Source: an uncultured Oscillospiraceae bacterium
GTDB taxonomy: Bacteria > Bacillota > Clostridia > Oscillospirales > Oscillospiraceae
NCBI GenBank assembly: GCA_910587645.1
Contig: CAJUNA010000024.1
Location: forward strand, 25,381-89,380
Reading direction: 5' to 3'
Length of the DNA stretch: 64,000 nt
Of this stretch, positions 35,954-44,763 are shown one piece after another; position 1 is the first letter of the stretch, and each line of letters starts with the position of its first letter. A program made the translations under genes and the position numbers. A model generated the notes under the pieces. The model was not told where the DNA came from. It was given only the letters and a program-made list of their open reading frames with translations, and ran no database searches.

Positions 35954-36273
35954 GGCAGTTTTTCCTTTCTATCAACAGAAATATTTTCTTTGCCGCCCCT
36001 GGCGGCAGGGGGCCGTTCCTTCAAAAAGCCGCCCCAGGCCCTGCGCCTGCTCCTGAAGCGCAAGCTATCCAATTTCTATCCTGGAAAAATTTTTTCAAAA
36101 ATTTTTCCCCAAGTTGCATAAAAGCGTGCAACTTTCCCCTGTTTGCAGCCTAAGGTTGTAGCGAGCGTCACCTACCGGAACTTCGCGCGTTCAAACAAAA
36201 ACGCTCAACAGGACTGATCCTCCTGGAAAAACCCCTCGCGCCGGTTGCAAACGGAGGCACCTTGACAATAGAA

Positions 36274-37467
36274 TCACCCCTCCTGATACGGGTCGGGCAT
36301 TTTTTCCAGCATATGCGTCCAAACAGGACTCATTTGCCGCAGCGTTTTCACCACCTCAGGAACCTGCTGGAGGATATAATCGACCTCCTCCATCGTATTA
36401 AACTCGCAAAGGCTCAGCCGAAGAGAGCCATGGGCGATCTCATGGGGCATCCCCAGCGCAAGCAGCACATGGCTGGGATCCAGCGACCCACTGGTACACG
36501 CACTTCCGGAGCTGGCGCAAATCCCCGCCAAGTCCAGCCGCAGCAGCAAGCTCTCCCCCTCGATCCCCTCGAAGCAGAAACTCACGATCCCGGGCGCCTT
36601 TTTATCCGGCGCGCCGTTGCAGCGGGAATAGGGGATTTTCCCCAACCCTTCGATCAGCCTATCCCGCATAGCGGAGACCTTCGCCATATTTTCCTGCATA
36701 TGGGCACAACTATCTGTCAGCGCCGCTGCCATCGCGAGAATCGAAGGGATGGCTTCCGTACCGCCTCTTTTGCCCCGCTCCTGCGCGCCGCCCTCGATAA
36801 AATTCTTGATCCGGATAGATTTTTTGCAATACAAGGCGCCCACGCCCTTCGGTGCATGGAATTTGTGCCCCGACAGTGACAGCATGTCGATATGATCCGC
36901 CACCACGTCCACCGGCACATGGCCCACCGCCTGTACCGCGTCCGTGTGGAAGAGTACGCCTTTCTCCCGGCATACGGCCCCGATTTCCCGAACCGGCTGT
37001 AAAGTCCCGATCTCATTGTTGGAGTACATAATAGTCACCAGGCAGGTATCCTCCCGGATAGCGGCCTTCAATTCCTCCACCCTTACCACACCATCCTCAT
37101 GGACTGGCAGATAAGTGACCTCAAACCCCTGCTTTTCCAGTTTTTGCAGAGTATGCAGCACCGCATGGTGCTCGATCGTGTCAGAAATGATATGCTTCTT
37201 TCCCTTTTCAGCCCCCATTCTGGCCCCTTCGGTAATGGCCCAATTATCGGCTTCCGTGCCGCAGCCGGTAAAATAAATCTCCCTCGGCTCAGCATTCAGG
37301 CACTTTGCCACCGCAGCCCTGGCGTCCATCAGAGCGTAATTCGCCTCCCGGCCCTTCTGATGAAGGGAGCTGGGGTTTCCATAAACCTCCCCCAGCGCAG
37401 GCAGCATCGCGTCCAGCGCGGTTTTGCTGACGGCGGTAGTGGCCGCGTTGTCGGCATATACAAACAT
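36274..37467 (-). CDS. nifS: Cysteine desulfurase NifS
   Basis: 397 aa from ATG 37467 (MFVYADNAATT). PLP-lysine motif SGHKFHAPKG and active-site loop SSGSACTSG. Confidence 0.92.
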   Translation of the reverse strand: MFVYADNAATTAVSKTALDAMLPALGEVYGNPSSLHQKGREANYALMDARAAVAKCLNAEPREIYFTGCGTEADNWAITEGARMGAEKGKKHIISDTIEHHAVLHTLQKLEKQGFEVTYLPVHEDGVVRVEELKAAIREDTCLVTIMYSNNEIGTLQPVREIGAVCREKGVLFHTDAVQAVGHVPVDVVADHIDMLSLSGHKFHAPKGVGALYCKKSIRIKNFIEGGAQERGKRGGTEAIPSILAMAAALTDSCAHMQENMAKVSAMRDRLIEGLGKIPYSRCNGAPDKKAPGIVSFCFEGIEGESLLLRLDLAGICASSGSACTSGSLDPSHVLLALGMPHEIAHGSLRLSLCEFNTMEEVDYILQQVPEVVKTLRQMSPVWTHMLEKMPDPYQEG

Positions 37468-37542
37468 GGTAAAACCTTCTTTCTTCCACATGGTAATGTA
37501 CTGGTTTCCTATAGGAAAATAGGAATTATTCCTGCAAAGCAG

Positions 37543-37995
37543 TCAGCAGTTGCCCCGTCCGGAAGCGGCGCAGCGGGCATCCAGCCGCCGCTGCTTATCC
37601 ACCAGGTCCGCCAGCGTCACATGATCCACCACATTGCTGATCGCCTGGTCTACCTGTTCCCACAAGTCCAGGGTCACACAGGCCTTGCACCGGGCGCACT
37701 GGTTAACCTCATCGTCCATGCAGGAAACAGGAGACAAGCTGCCCTCCACCGTCCGCAGGATCAGCCCCACGCTATAATCTTCAGGGCTTTTCAACAGGCG
37801 GTAGCCGCCTTTCGCTCCTCTGACACTGCGCACCAGGCCGGAGCGCACCAGCACAGGAATAATCTGTTCCAAATATTTCTCACTGATGCCCCGGCTTTCA
37901 GCCACGCTCTTGACGGACAAGTTCACGCCCTCGTCCTGCATCGCCAGCTCCAGCATCAGATGCAGGGCATACCGGCTTTTGGCGGAGATTTTCAT
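37543..37995 (-). CDS. iscR: Rrf2-family regulator, IscR-like
   Basis: 150 aa with an Rrf2 HTH (SRYALHLMLELA.., RGAKGGYRL) and a Cys cluster (C..8..C..C..C). Sits upstream of nifS-nifU. Confidence 0.85.
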   Translation of the reverse strand: MKISAKSRYALHLMLELAMQDEGVNLSVKSVAESRGISEKYLEQIIPVLVRSGLVRSVRGAKGGYRLLKSPEDYSVGLILRTVEGSLSPVSCMDDEVNQCARCKACVTLDLWEQVDQAISNVVDHVTLADLVDKQRRLDARCAASGRGNC

Positions 37996-38016
37996 GATCT
38001 CACCGTCCTCTCATGT

Positions 38017-38052
38017 AAATCCTATCTTAATATAGGATTTATTCCTTGTCAA
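38017..38052 (-). promoter_or_regulatory. iscR promoter with a palindromic operator
   Basis: Palindrome AAATCCTAT CTTAAT ATAGGATTT (38017-38040) overlaps the -10 TAAGAT. The -35 TTGACA is on the minus strand at 38052-38047. Confidence 0.6.
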
Positions 38053-38218
38053 GCGGCATTTGCAACAAATTCCCAGCCCAGAACTTGGACACTCTGCCTA
38101 TTCTGCCCCATCGGGCGGGTTTTATCGTCAAACAGTGAAAAAACCTGTAGGGGCTTTTTTCATCCCCAGCCGCTTCTGCCGGCGGCCCTGGCTCCCTGCG
38201 GGGCGGGGCTTATCCCAC

Positions 38219-38247
38219 TTGACAACCCCGCCCCGCTCCGTTATAAT
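38219..38247 (+). promoter_or_regulatory. Consensus sigma-A promoter for larBC
   Basis: TTGACA, 17 nt, TATAAT. The inverted repeat GGGGCGGGG (38200-38208) / CCCCGCCCC (38226-38234) brackets the -35. Confidence 0.65.
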
Positions 38248-38391
38248 AAGCGAAAAAGAGCATTGTTTCAGCAAAAATCACCGTCCAAAATATCAACTGA
38301 CTGCTCCTGTACCGGGCAGTCAGTCCGCTTTTATGTCCAAAACCGCCGCATTTTCATTCTGCCGGCGATACGTGAAAATGGAGAAGTACAG

Positions 38392-39150
38392 ATGAACAAT
38401 CAGCAGCTTTTGGAACTATTGGAAGCCGTCCGCACCGGGGCCATCCCGCCCCAGGAAGCCGCCAGCATCCTCGGCCACAGCGGCTATGAGGACTTGGGCT
38501 ACGCTAAGGTGGATCACCACCGGGCCGCACGGCAGGGGGCGGCGGAGGTTATCTTCGGGCAGGGGAAGTCCCCAGAGCAAATCGTGGGTATCGTCAACTC
38601 CTTAATCGGGCGGGGTGTTGAAAATATTATTATTACCCGGCTGCCGGAGGAAAAAGAAGAAGCTATACGTGGGAAAATCCCTTACCGCTATGATGCCGCC
38701 GCCAGGCTGGCTGTGGCAAACCCTGTGGAACGGACGCTAACAGGCGCGGTGGCTGTGGTCAGCGCGGGGACGAGCGACCTGGCGGTCTGCGAGGAAGCGG
38801 CGCTGACGGCGGAAGCCTTGGGCAGCAAGGTGTTCCGGGTCTATGACGCCGGTGTGGCGGGGCTGCACAGGCTGCTGGGGTCGCTGGAAACACTGGAGAA
38901 AGCCCGGTGCATCGTCGCTGTGGCGGGAATGGAGGGCGCACTGCCCAGCGTGGTGGGCGGATTGGTGGGCTGCCCGGTGATCGCGGTGCCTACCAGCGTG
39001 GGATACGGCGCAAACCTGGGCGGGCTGGCCGCGCTGCTGGCTATGCTGAACTCCTGCGCCAGCGGGGTCAGCGTGGTCAATATTGACAACGGCTTCGGCG
39101 CGGGGTTCTTGGCCCACAGGATCAATCAAATGAAAGGAATTGGCCAATGA
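38392..39150 (+). CDS. larB: Nickel-pincer cofactor biosynthesis protein LarB (PurE-like carboxylase/hydrolase)
   Basis: 252 aa from ATG 38392 (GGAGAAG upstream). Contains ..DLGYAKVDHHRAARQG.AEVIFG.GK and a PurE-like C-terminal half (VAVVSAGTSD, AVAGMEGALPSVVGG). Confidence 0.85.
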   Translation: MNNQQLLELLEAVRTGAIPPQEAASILGHSGYEDLGYAKVDHHRAARQGAAEVIFGQGKSPEQIVGIVNSLIGRGVENIIITRLPEEKEEAIRGKIPYRYDAAARLAVANPVERTLTGAVAVVSAGTSDLAVCEEAALTAEALGSKVFRVYDAGVAGLHRLLGSLETLEKARCIVAVAGMEGALPSVVGGLVGCPVIAVPTSVGYGANLGGLAALLAMLNSCASGVSVVNIDNGFGAGFLAHRINQMKGIGQ

Positions 39151-40361
39151 AAACGCTGTACTTGGAGTGCGCTATGGGCGCGGCGGGAGATATGCTCATG
39201 GGGGCGCTGTTTGAGCTGTGCCCGGATAAGGAGAAGTTTTTAAAGGATATGAACGCCCTGCTGCCCGGGGTGTCCCTGGAAGCGGAAGCCGTCCGGCGGC
39301 AGGGGATCGCCGGCACCCATATGCGGGTATCCGTCCATGGACATGAGGAGGGGCATGACGGCCATGTCCACCACCACGGCCAGGGGCACCATCACCATCA
39401 TGCCCACCGCTCGCTGGCGGACATTGAGACGGTGATTAGCGGATTCAACCTGCCGGAAGCGGTGCGGCAAAAAGCAAAGGGGACGTATGCCCTAATTGCG
39501 GAAGCGGAATCCGCCGCCCATGGGGTGGCGGTGGGCGAGGTCCACTTCCATGAGGTAGGCGCCTTGGACGCGGTGATGGATGTGACCGGGGTCTGCTACC
39601 TGATGGAGCTCCTGGGGCCGGACACGGTCTGGGCGTCCGCGGTCACTGTGGGCAGCGGAACCGTGGGTACCGCCCATGGGCTGCTTCCGGTGCCTGCCCC
39701 GGCTACGGCGCGGCTTTTGGAGGGGATGCCTGTCGCGGCGGGCGATATCGCTGCCGAAATGTGTACGCCTACCGGGGCGGCGCTGCTGCGGGTTTTTGCG
39801 GAGAAGTTCGGGCCTATGCCGGACGGGGTAATGCTGGGGTGCGGGTTTGGATGCGGCACCAAGGATTTCCCCAGGGCGAACTGCCTGCGGGCTTTTCTGC
39901 TGGATACGGCGGAAGCCTCCGGCGGGCCAAATGACCAGGTGGTGGAGCTGAAGGCCAATATCGACGACATGACCGGGGAAGCCCTGGGGTTCGCTATGGA
40001 CCGGCTGATGGACGCCGGGGCGTTGGATGTGTCCTATACGCCTGTATTTATGAAGAAAAACAGGCCAGGGGTGATGCTGGCCTGCCTGTGCCGCCCCGGA
40101 GACGCGGACAGGCTGGCGCGGGAAATGCTGCGGCATACGTCCACCTTTGGCGTGAGACGGACGGACTGCGGCAGGTATGCTATGGCGGTGTCCGTGGAGC
40201 GGCTGGAGGGTGAAGGCGGGACGTTCCTCCGCAAAACCGGAACCGGGTATGGCCTGGCCAAAAGCAAGCCGGAGTATGCGCCCCTGGCGGAGCTGGCGCG
40301 GACGGAGCATGTGCCGCTGGAGCATGTGCGGGAAATGTACTTCCGGACGGATTTCGATTAG
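39147..40361 (+). CDS. larC: Nickel insertion protein LarC (DUF111)
   Basis: 404 aa with N-terminal GAAGDM, a His-rich tract (HGHEEGHDGHVHHHGQGHHHHHAH) and HFHEVGA.D. Confidence 0.88.
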   Translation: MKTLYLECAMGAAGDMLMGALFELCPDKEKFLKDMNALLPGVSLEAEAVRRQGIAGTHMRVSVHGHEEGHDGHVHHHGQGHHHHHAHRSLADIETVISGFNLPEAVRQKAKGTYALIAEAESAAHGVAVGEVHFHEVGALDAVMDVTGVCYLMELLGPDTVWASAVTVGSGTVGTAHGLLPVPAPATARLLEGMPVAAGDIAAEMCTPTGAALLRVFAEKFGPMPDGVMLGCGFGCGTKDFPRANCLRAFLLDTAEASGGPNDQVVELKANIDDMTGEALGFAMDRLMDAGALDVSYTPVFMKKNRPGVMLACLCRPGDADRLAREMLRHTSTFGVRRTDCGRYAMAVSVERLEGEGGTFLRKTGTGYGLAKSKPEYAPLAELARTEHVPLEHVREMYFRTDFD

Positions 40362-40371
40362 ATCGCAATAG

Positions 40372-40414
40372 AAAAACAGCCCCCCCGCGCCTTTCGGCGC
40401 GGGAGGGCTGTTTT
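40372..40414. terminator. Bidirectional terminator between larC and the SLH gene
   Basis: A-run, then a 15-bp stem CAGCCCCCCCGCGCC / GGCGCGGGAGGGCTG (1 mismatch), then TTTT. Confidence 0.8.
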
Positions 40415-40426
40415 ATATTTGCGCGG

Positions 40427-43309
40427 TTATCGCGCGGTGCTGTAATGGATGTAGTTCATCAAAATCTGCGCGGCCTGCGCCCTGGTGGTCTCGCCATTGG
40501 GGTTCAGGACATCGCCGCTGCCCTGAAGGATTCCCTGCGCTACCGCCCAGGCCATGGCCTGCTGGGCGTAGCCGCTGATCTGCTGGGCATCGCGGAAGGA
40601 CAGCGGGGCGCTGTTCGCCGCAGGGCTGCCGGAGAAGCGCCAGAGGATCGCGGCCACCTGCTCCCTGGTAACAGGCGCGTCCGGGGCGAAGCGGTTGTCT
40701 TCATAGCCGGTAACATACCCCTGTGCCGCCGCCCAGTTGACTGCGCTGGCGTACCAGCTTCCGGAGGGTACGTCCGTAAAGCCGCTGTTGGCGCTGGCGG
40801 CGGGACGGCCCGCGTGGTTATAGAGAACCTGCGCCAGCATTGCCCGGGACAGGGGCAGGTTCGGGCCAAATTGGGCGGCGCCGGTGCCCTGCATCTTGCC
40901 GTTCATGCTGACGAATTTTACCGCGTTGTAGTACCATGCGCTGCCGGACACATCCGTAAAAGGATTGGTCCAGGGGGCTTCGCCTACGTCTGGGGTCTCA
41001 GCGGGGGAAAGGGGCTGGAATACGGCTTCTACCGTGACGCCCTCACCAGGCATGGTGAAAACGTACTTTCCGCCGTCCCGCCCGGCCAGCTCCATGGTTT
41101 TGCCGGATTGGGACGTGACAGCCAGGCTGGACAGCTCATAGCCTTCGTTGGGAACAACCGTGATGGTGACACGGTTCCCTTCGGCGGCCTTTGCCAGGTT
41201 TACGGCCACTTTCCCGCCAGGGACACTGGGGACGGCCACGGTATAGTAGGTCTTGGCACCGTCCTGCTGGCCGGGGTTGGGGTTAGGGATAGGATCCGGT
41301 TTGGGGTCGGGATCGGGGTCAGGTTCGGGGTCAGGGTCGGGGGTTTCAGTGCTCCAGTGGGCGTACACTGTGGTGTCATCGGAAAAGACGGTATCTGTGC
41401 CGATCTTTTCCCCACCGGTGGGGCTGGTATACCAACCATCAAAAATGTAATCCGTACGGGAGGGAACGGGCAGCTCAGGGAGAACGCCGTCCGCGTTTGT
41501 ATTCAGTGTGGAGGGGCGCACCGTTCCTCCATTGGCGTCAAAGGTGATGATATATGTGTGCTCCTGGACGTTGGATGGGTCATCTGCCTCGGACGCGGGA
41601 GGAATGTCCAGACGCAGCATGGGGGACGTATCCCCGCCGGAGCGGGACATGGCGCCAGCCATATTGATGGTGTAGTCCAGCCATCCGTACGCGCCGGGGG
41701 CATCCGGCGTTTCGTCTACCGGAGGAACGTACTCGCTGACCTCAATGGAGGGGGTGTAGCCGGACAGGCCCATCTCGTCCAGGCGCTCCTGGGCCAGATC
41801 CTCCGCGTAGGCGGCGGCTTCGTCCCCGGTCAGTCCGGCGGGGGCGCGGTTGGTCTCCAGGCCATCGCCCACAGCGTCCCCAATCCCGGTCCCGCATTCC
41901 GGGCAGATGGCGCTGCCAGTGGGGAAGCTGTGTCCCGCCGCCGGGATGGACGCTGTTGTGGTCACGTCACAGCCGGGGTCGGTACAGGTGTAGGTCATGA
42001 CGCCGGGGTTAGTACAGGTGGGGGCTTCGGTGACCTCGCCACCGTCCCAGGTGTGGCGGACGGCAATCAGAAGATCCGCCGTCTGTCCGCCGTAAGCAAC
42101 GGTGACGGTCTGGTCATCCTCCGCGTAGGCGTCATAGCCGGTACACATGGCGGCGATTACGGGAAGCATGCAGCTCCCGTGGCGGTAGCAGGAGACGTAT
42201 ACGGCCAGGTCCGCGTCCGCCAGCAGGGCTTCCAGATCCGCGCCCTGCTGGGCGTAGACCGCTTCCGCAGAAAGCGTCATGCCGGTGAAACGGCAGTTAT
42301 CGGCCGCGGCAAAATCCTGCGTCCAGTTGTGCGCGCCAGCGGAAGGATGGATCCCGTAGTAGTGGCCCACGCCCATATGAACCGAACGGGCGCTCTCCAG
42401 GTTCCGGCGGTGCCCGGGGCTGTGGAGCCAACTGCTCATTACGCTGGCGGGTGTGGTCTGGCCGGAGGCGATGTTCTCCGCGCTGTAGTGGTAGAGTACG
42501 CCGCACTCCTGGTAGGCGGTCCAGCATATGCGGCCATCCGGGCGGGTGTGGTCGGCGCGGTAATCGGCGTAAATTTCCTCCGCGCGAAGGGCTGCTACGT
42601 CTTGCAGCCCGTCAAAAACGGAAAGGGGCTCGCGGCCAACGGACATCCGGTGCTGGTTTGCCAGCCGCAGAACCTCCCAGCCCATTTCATCCATGCCATC
42701 GGGAAGCTCGGGAGCCGGAGGGGCGGGAATGTCCGGCTTGGGGTCAGGATCGGGGTCAGGGTCAGGATCGGGGTCCGGATCTGGATCAGGGTCGGGATCC
42801 TCGCCCGCGGAGCCGCTGGAGACGCCGTTTTCACGCATTAGATCCAGCAGGCCGTTTACGCCGGGAACGCCCATAAGCGTGGCTACATATTCCCGGCAAA
42901 GGGCGTTTTTGGTGGAGGAATTATAGGTGACCGCAATGGGCCAATCAGGCCAGGAATCGGAGACCTCCTCAAACAGCTCCGCCAGCTCCCCATCTATCCG
43001 GGAAGGGTCGCCGGCACCGCCGGAAAAGGCGTAGTAGTAGAGCTTGATCTGCCGGTCGTTGGCATATTTCGCAAACATCGTGATCGCCGTCGGAACAGGG
43101 TCCGCACCGTCCGAGGGGTAGCAGAGCAGCACAACATCCCTCGTCTCGGCCTGCCCGTTGATCCGGCTGATCATATCGGTTACCTGTTCACGGGACAGGC
43201 CTACCCAGAAGTCTGTGTCCGGCGGCTGCGTGAAAGCCAGCGCCGTTCCGGGCAGCAGTGCCAGCGCCATGGCCAGCGCCAGCAGAATGGAGAGCATTCG
43301 CTTCTTCAT
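40427..43309 (-). CDS. Large secreted multidomain surface protein with three C-terminal SLH domains
   Basis: 960 aa. Domain order: signal peptide, unassigned N-terminal domain, (PD)n linker, CAP/SCP (YkwD-like) domain, Cys-rich module, Listeria-Bacteroides (Flg_new) repeat, second PD/PN linker, B-repeat-like beta domain, then 3 SLH repeats (FTDV...). Confidence 0.88.
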   Translation of the reverse strand: MKKRMLSILLALAMALALLPGTALAFTQPPDTDFWVGLSREQVTDMISRINGQAETRDVVLLCYPSDGADPVPTAITMFAKYANDRQIKLYYYAFSGGAGDPSRIDGELAELFEEVSDSWPDWPIAVTYNSSTKNALCREYVATLMGVPGVNGLLDLMRENGVSSGSAGEDPDPDPDPDPDPDPDPDPDPKPDIPAPPAPELPDGMDEMGWEVLRLANQHRMSVGREPLSVFDGLQDVAALRAEEIYADYRADHTRPDGRICWTAYQECGVLYHYSAENIASGQTTPASVMSSWLHSPGHRRNLESARSVHMGVGHYYGIHPSAGAHNWTQDFAAADNCRFTGMTLSAEAVYAQQGADLEALLADADLAVYVSCYRHGSCMLPVIAAMCTGYDAYAEDDQTVTVAYGGQTADLLIAVRHTWDGGEVTEAPTCTNPGVMTYTCTDPGCDVTTTASIPAAGHSFPTGSAICPECGTGIGDAVGDGLETNRAPAGLTGDEAAAYAEDLAQERLDEMGLSGYTPSIEVSEYVPPVDETPDAPGAYGWLDYTINMAGAMSRSGGDTSPMLRLDIPPASEADDPSNVQEHTYIITFDANGGTVRPSTLNTNADGVLPELPVPSRTDYIFDGWYTSPTGGEKIGTDTVFSDDTTVYAHWSTETPDPDPEPDPDPDPKPDPIPNPNPGQQDGAKTYYTVAVPSVPGGKVAVNLAKAAEGNRVTITVVPNEGYELSSLAVTSQSGKTMELAGRDGGKYVFTMPGEGVTVEAVFQPLSPAETPDVGEAPWTNPFTDVSGSAWYYNAVKFVSMNGKMQGTGAAQFGPNLPLSRAMLAQVLYNHAGRPAASANSGFTDVPSGSWYASAVNWAAAQGYVTGYEDNRFAPDAPVTREQVAAILWRFSGSPAANSAPLSFRDAQQISGYAQQAMAWAVAQGILQGSGDVLNPNGETTRAQAAQILMNYIHYSTAR
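41274..41339 (-). repeat. Degenerate hexanucleotide tandem repeat encoding the second Pro-Asp linker
   Basis: About 11 units of GGNTNN on the plus strand (PDPDPEPDPDPDPKPDPIPNPNP on the coding strand). Confidence 0.8.
42741..42800 (-). repeat. Hexanucleotide tandem repeat (GGRTCN)x10 encoding the (PD)n linker
   Basis: Ten consecutive GGRTCN units on the plus strand; the protein reads DPDPDPDPDPDPDPDPDPKPD. Confidence 0.85.
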
Positions 43310-43505
43310 ATAAATTGTTTCCTCCCAAATTTCTCAGCGTGGTTTGGCTCGGTATGTACAGCGTGTATTGTATCCTATTTTGGAGGAAATTTCAAGACGA
43401 AATGGTGTGGAAAGAAAAAACTGGACAATGTTGCCAAAATATGGTACCATAAAAGCGGTAAAATATACCGCTATCTGTTCCCGTATATGAAAAGGAGGTA
43501 AGCCT

Positions 43506-44144
43506 ATGGAACCTAAGTTCTTTAAGATTCCCGTATGTGTGGGCGATGTGACGCTGCGGGTGGCCCAGGGCCATTTTGCCACCAGGCACAGCCATATCAA
43601 TTATTTTATTGATGTGACCCGCCAGCAGTCTTGCCTGCAAGAGGCGGAAGCCGTGGCACAGCAGCTCGCCCAGCGGCTTCAGGCCAATACCATGGTGGAT
43701 ACCATCCTGTGCATGGACGGCACCCGGGTGATCGGCACCTGTCTGGCGCGGCAGCTGACCCAGGAGGGGTATCTCTCCGTCAGTTCCGGAAAGGAAATTT
43801 ACCTTCTGCGGGAAAACCTCAGCTCCGGCGGACAGCTCATTTTCCGGGACAATGCCCGCTTTATGCTGGAGGGAAAGAACGTTTTGATCTTGCTCGCTTC
43901 CATTACTACCGGCAGCACCGTGGAGAAGGGGATGCGGTGCGTACGGTACTACGGAGGCAATGTGGCGGGCGTTGCGTCGGTCTACAGCCATCTGAAAGAA
44001 GTGGACGGCGTACCGGTGGTGTCTCTGTTCAACACCAGCGACCTGCCGGGATACGCCAGCTATCCGCCTCAGGAGTGCCCCCTCTGCAAGCAGGGGGCTG
44101 AGGTCGATGCCGTGGTGGATAAGTTCGGGTATTCGAAACTCTGA
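43506..44144 (+). CDS. Phosphoribosyltransferase-fold protein (PyrE-like, function unknown)
   Basis: 212 aa from ATG after AAGGAGG. PRPP-loop-like VLILLASITTGST and a C-terminal CPLC. Confidence 0.6.
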   Translation: MEPKFFKIPVCVGDVTLRVAQGHFATRHSHINYFIDVTRQQSCLQEAEAVAQQLAQRLQANTMVDTILCMDGTRVIGTCLARQLTQEGYLSVSSGKEIYLLRENLSSGGQLIFRDNARFMLEGKNVLILLASITTGSTVEKGMRCVRYYGGNVAGVASVYSHLKEVDGVPVVSLFNTSDLPGYASYPPQECPLCKQGAEVDAVVDKFGYSKL

Positions 44145-44150
44145 TATATT

Positions 44151-44186
44151 GCAACCCAGGCGGTGCCGCCTGGGTTGCTTTTTGTT
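44151..44186 (+). terminator. Intrinsic terminator
   Basis: 13-bp stem GCAACCCAGGCGG / CCGCCTGGGTTGC followed by TTTTTGTTT. Confidence 0.85.
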
Positions 44187-44286
44187 TGGGGGGGACAAGC
44201 TTTCTTCCAATAAGACCTTCTCCCAGCGAAACGAGGCCTTTGCCGGTGTTGCCATTGGGCATTTGGGGGCGACACGGTTTACAGCG

Positions 44287-44313
44287 AAAAAGACAGGCCA
44301 AAGGCCCTGTCCG
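44287..44313 (-). terminator. Intrinsic terminator for the TSUP/DUF1540 operon
   Basis: Minus strand reads GACAGGGCC TTT GGCCTGTC followed by TTTTT. Confidence 0.7.
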
Positions 44314-44316
44314 GCT

Positions 44317-44376
44317 TAGGGCTTGTTTGAAAAATGTCAAAACACCCAAACGGCGGATCTTTTTCCGCATTTATTA
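44317..44376. repeat. Partial MITE-like element, type-2 left arm (copy C)
   Basis: 52 nt nearly identical to the left arm of 54235-54400 (TAGGGCTTGTTTGAAAAATGTCAAAAC..GGATCTTTTTCCGC), then CATTTAT as in that copy's right arm. It lies between the TSUP stop and its terminator. Confidence 0.5.
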
Positions 44377-44763
44377 TTGACATTTCCCATCTCCCCTCGG
44401 TGCAAAAATTCCGCTTGCCAGCATAGATGCCCCACCGTACAGCAGAAAAATCCCGAAGGGCTTCCGCAGCAGGGATACGTCCACAGCCATCGCCGCCAGC
44501 GCCCCTGCAAGAGCCGCCGCCGTGCCCAGCGGTGCGGCATCCCGCCAGGTGTCCTTATCTAAATATCCGTTTTTCCGGTGGAACAGCAGGCTGATCCCCG
44601 CCGTGGGCAGAAAAAACAGCAGGTTGACCGCCTGTGCTTCCCGCTGGCTTACGCCGAGAAACAGCGTCATGCACACCAGCAGCAGGGTTCCGCCGCCTAC
44701 GCCCCAGCTGGACAGTGCCCCTGTGGCCGCTGCCGCGAGAAAAGGAACCAGCCAATCTACCAT
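44374..44763 (-). CDS. Half-size TSUP (TauE/SafE) family membrane protein, downstream partner
   Basis: 129 aa with 4 hydrophobic segments and the TSUP glycine motif GVGGGTLLL. The start overlaps the upstream gene's stop (ATGGTAG). Confidence 0.75.
   Translation of the reverse strand: MVDWLVPFLAAAATGALSSWGVGGGTLLLVCMTLFLGVSQREAQAVNLLFFLPTAGISLLFHRKNGYLDKDTWRDAAPLGTAAALAGALAAMAVDVSLLRKPFGIFLLYGGASMLASGIFAPRGDGKCQ

Noticed and set aside
37099-38391. N-terminal ~430 codons of the 683-aa plus-strand ORF 37099-39150
   Set aside because: This part is antisense to nifS and iscR and crosses their promoter region. Only the last 252 codons (from ATG 38392, with an SD and a consensus promoter) match LarB.
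42741-42800. Possible CRISPR-like or regulatory tandem repeat (also 41274-41339)
   Set aside because: The units are 6 nt with no spacers. They lie in-frame inside the SLH gene and simply encode Pro-Asp linkers.
40445-42841. 798-aa ORF on the plus strand
   Set aside because: It is entirely antisense to the well-supported SLH surface-protein gene. The sequence is low-complexity and Gly/Arg/Ala-rich, typical of shadow ORFs in G+C-rich DNA. It has no SD and no recognisable domain.
43402-43452. 16-codon sORF (MVWKEKTGQCCQNMVP) after a GGAGGAAA motif in the divergent SLH/PRT promoter region
   Set aside because: SD-to-ATG spacing is about 12 nt. The GGAGGAAA is one arm of a short inverted repeat with the SLH gene's own SD, and there is no conservation evidence.
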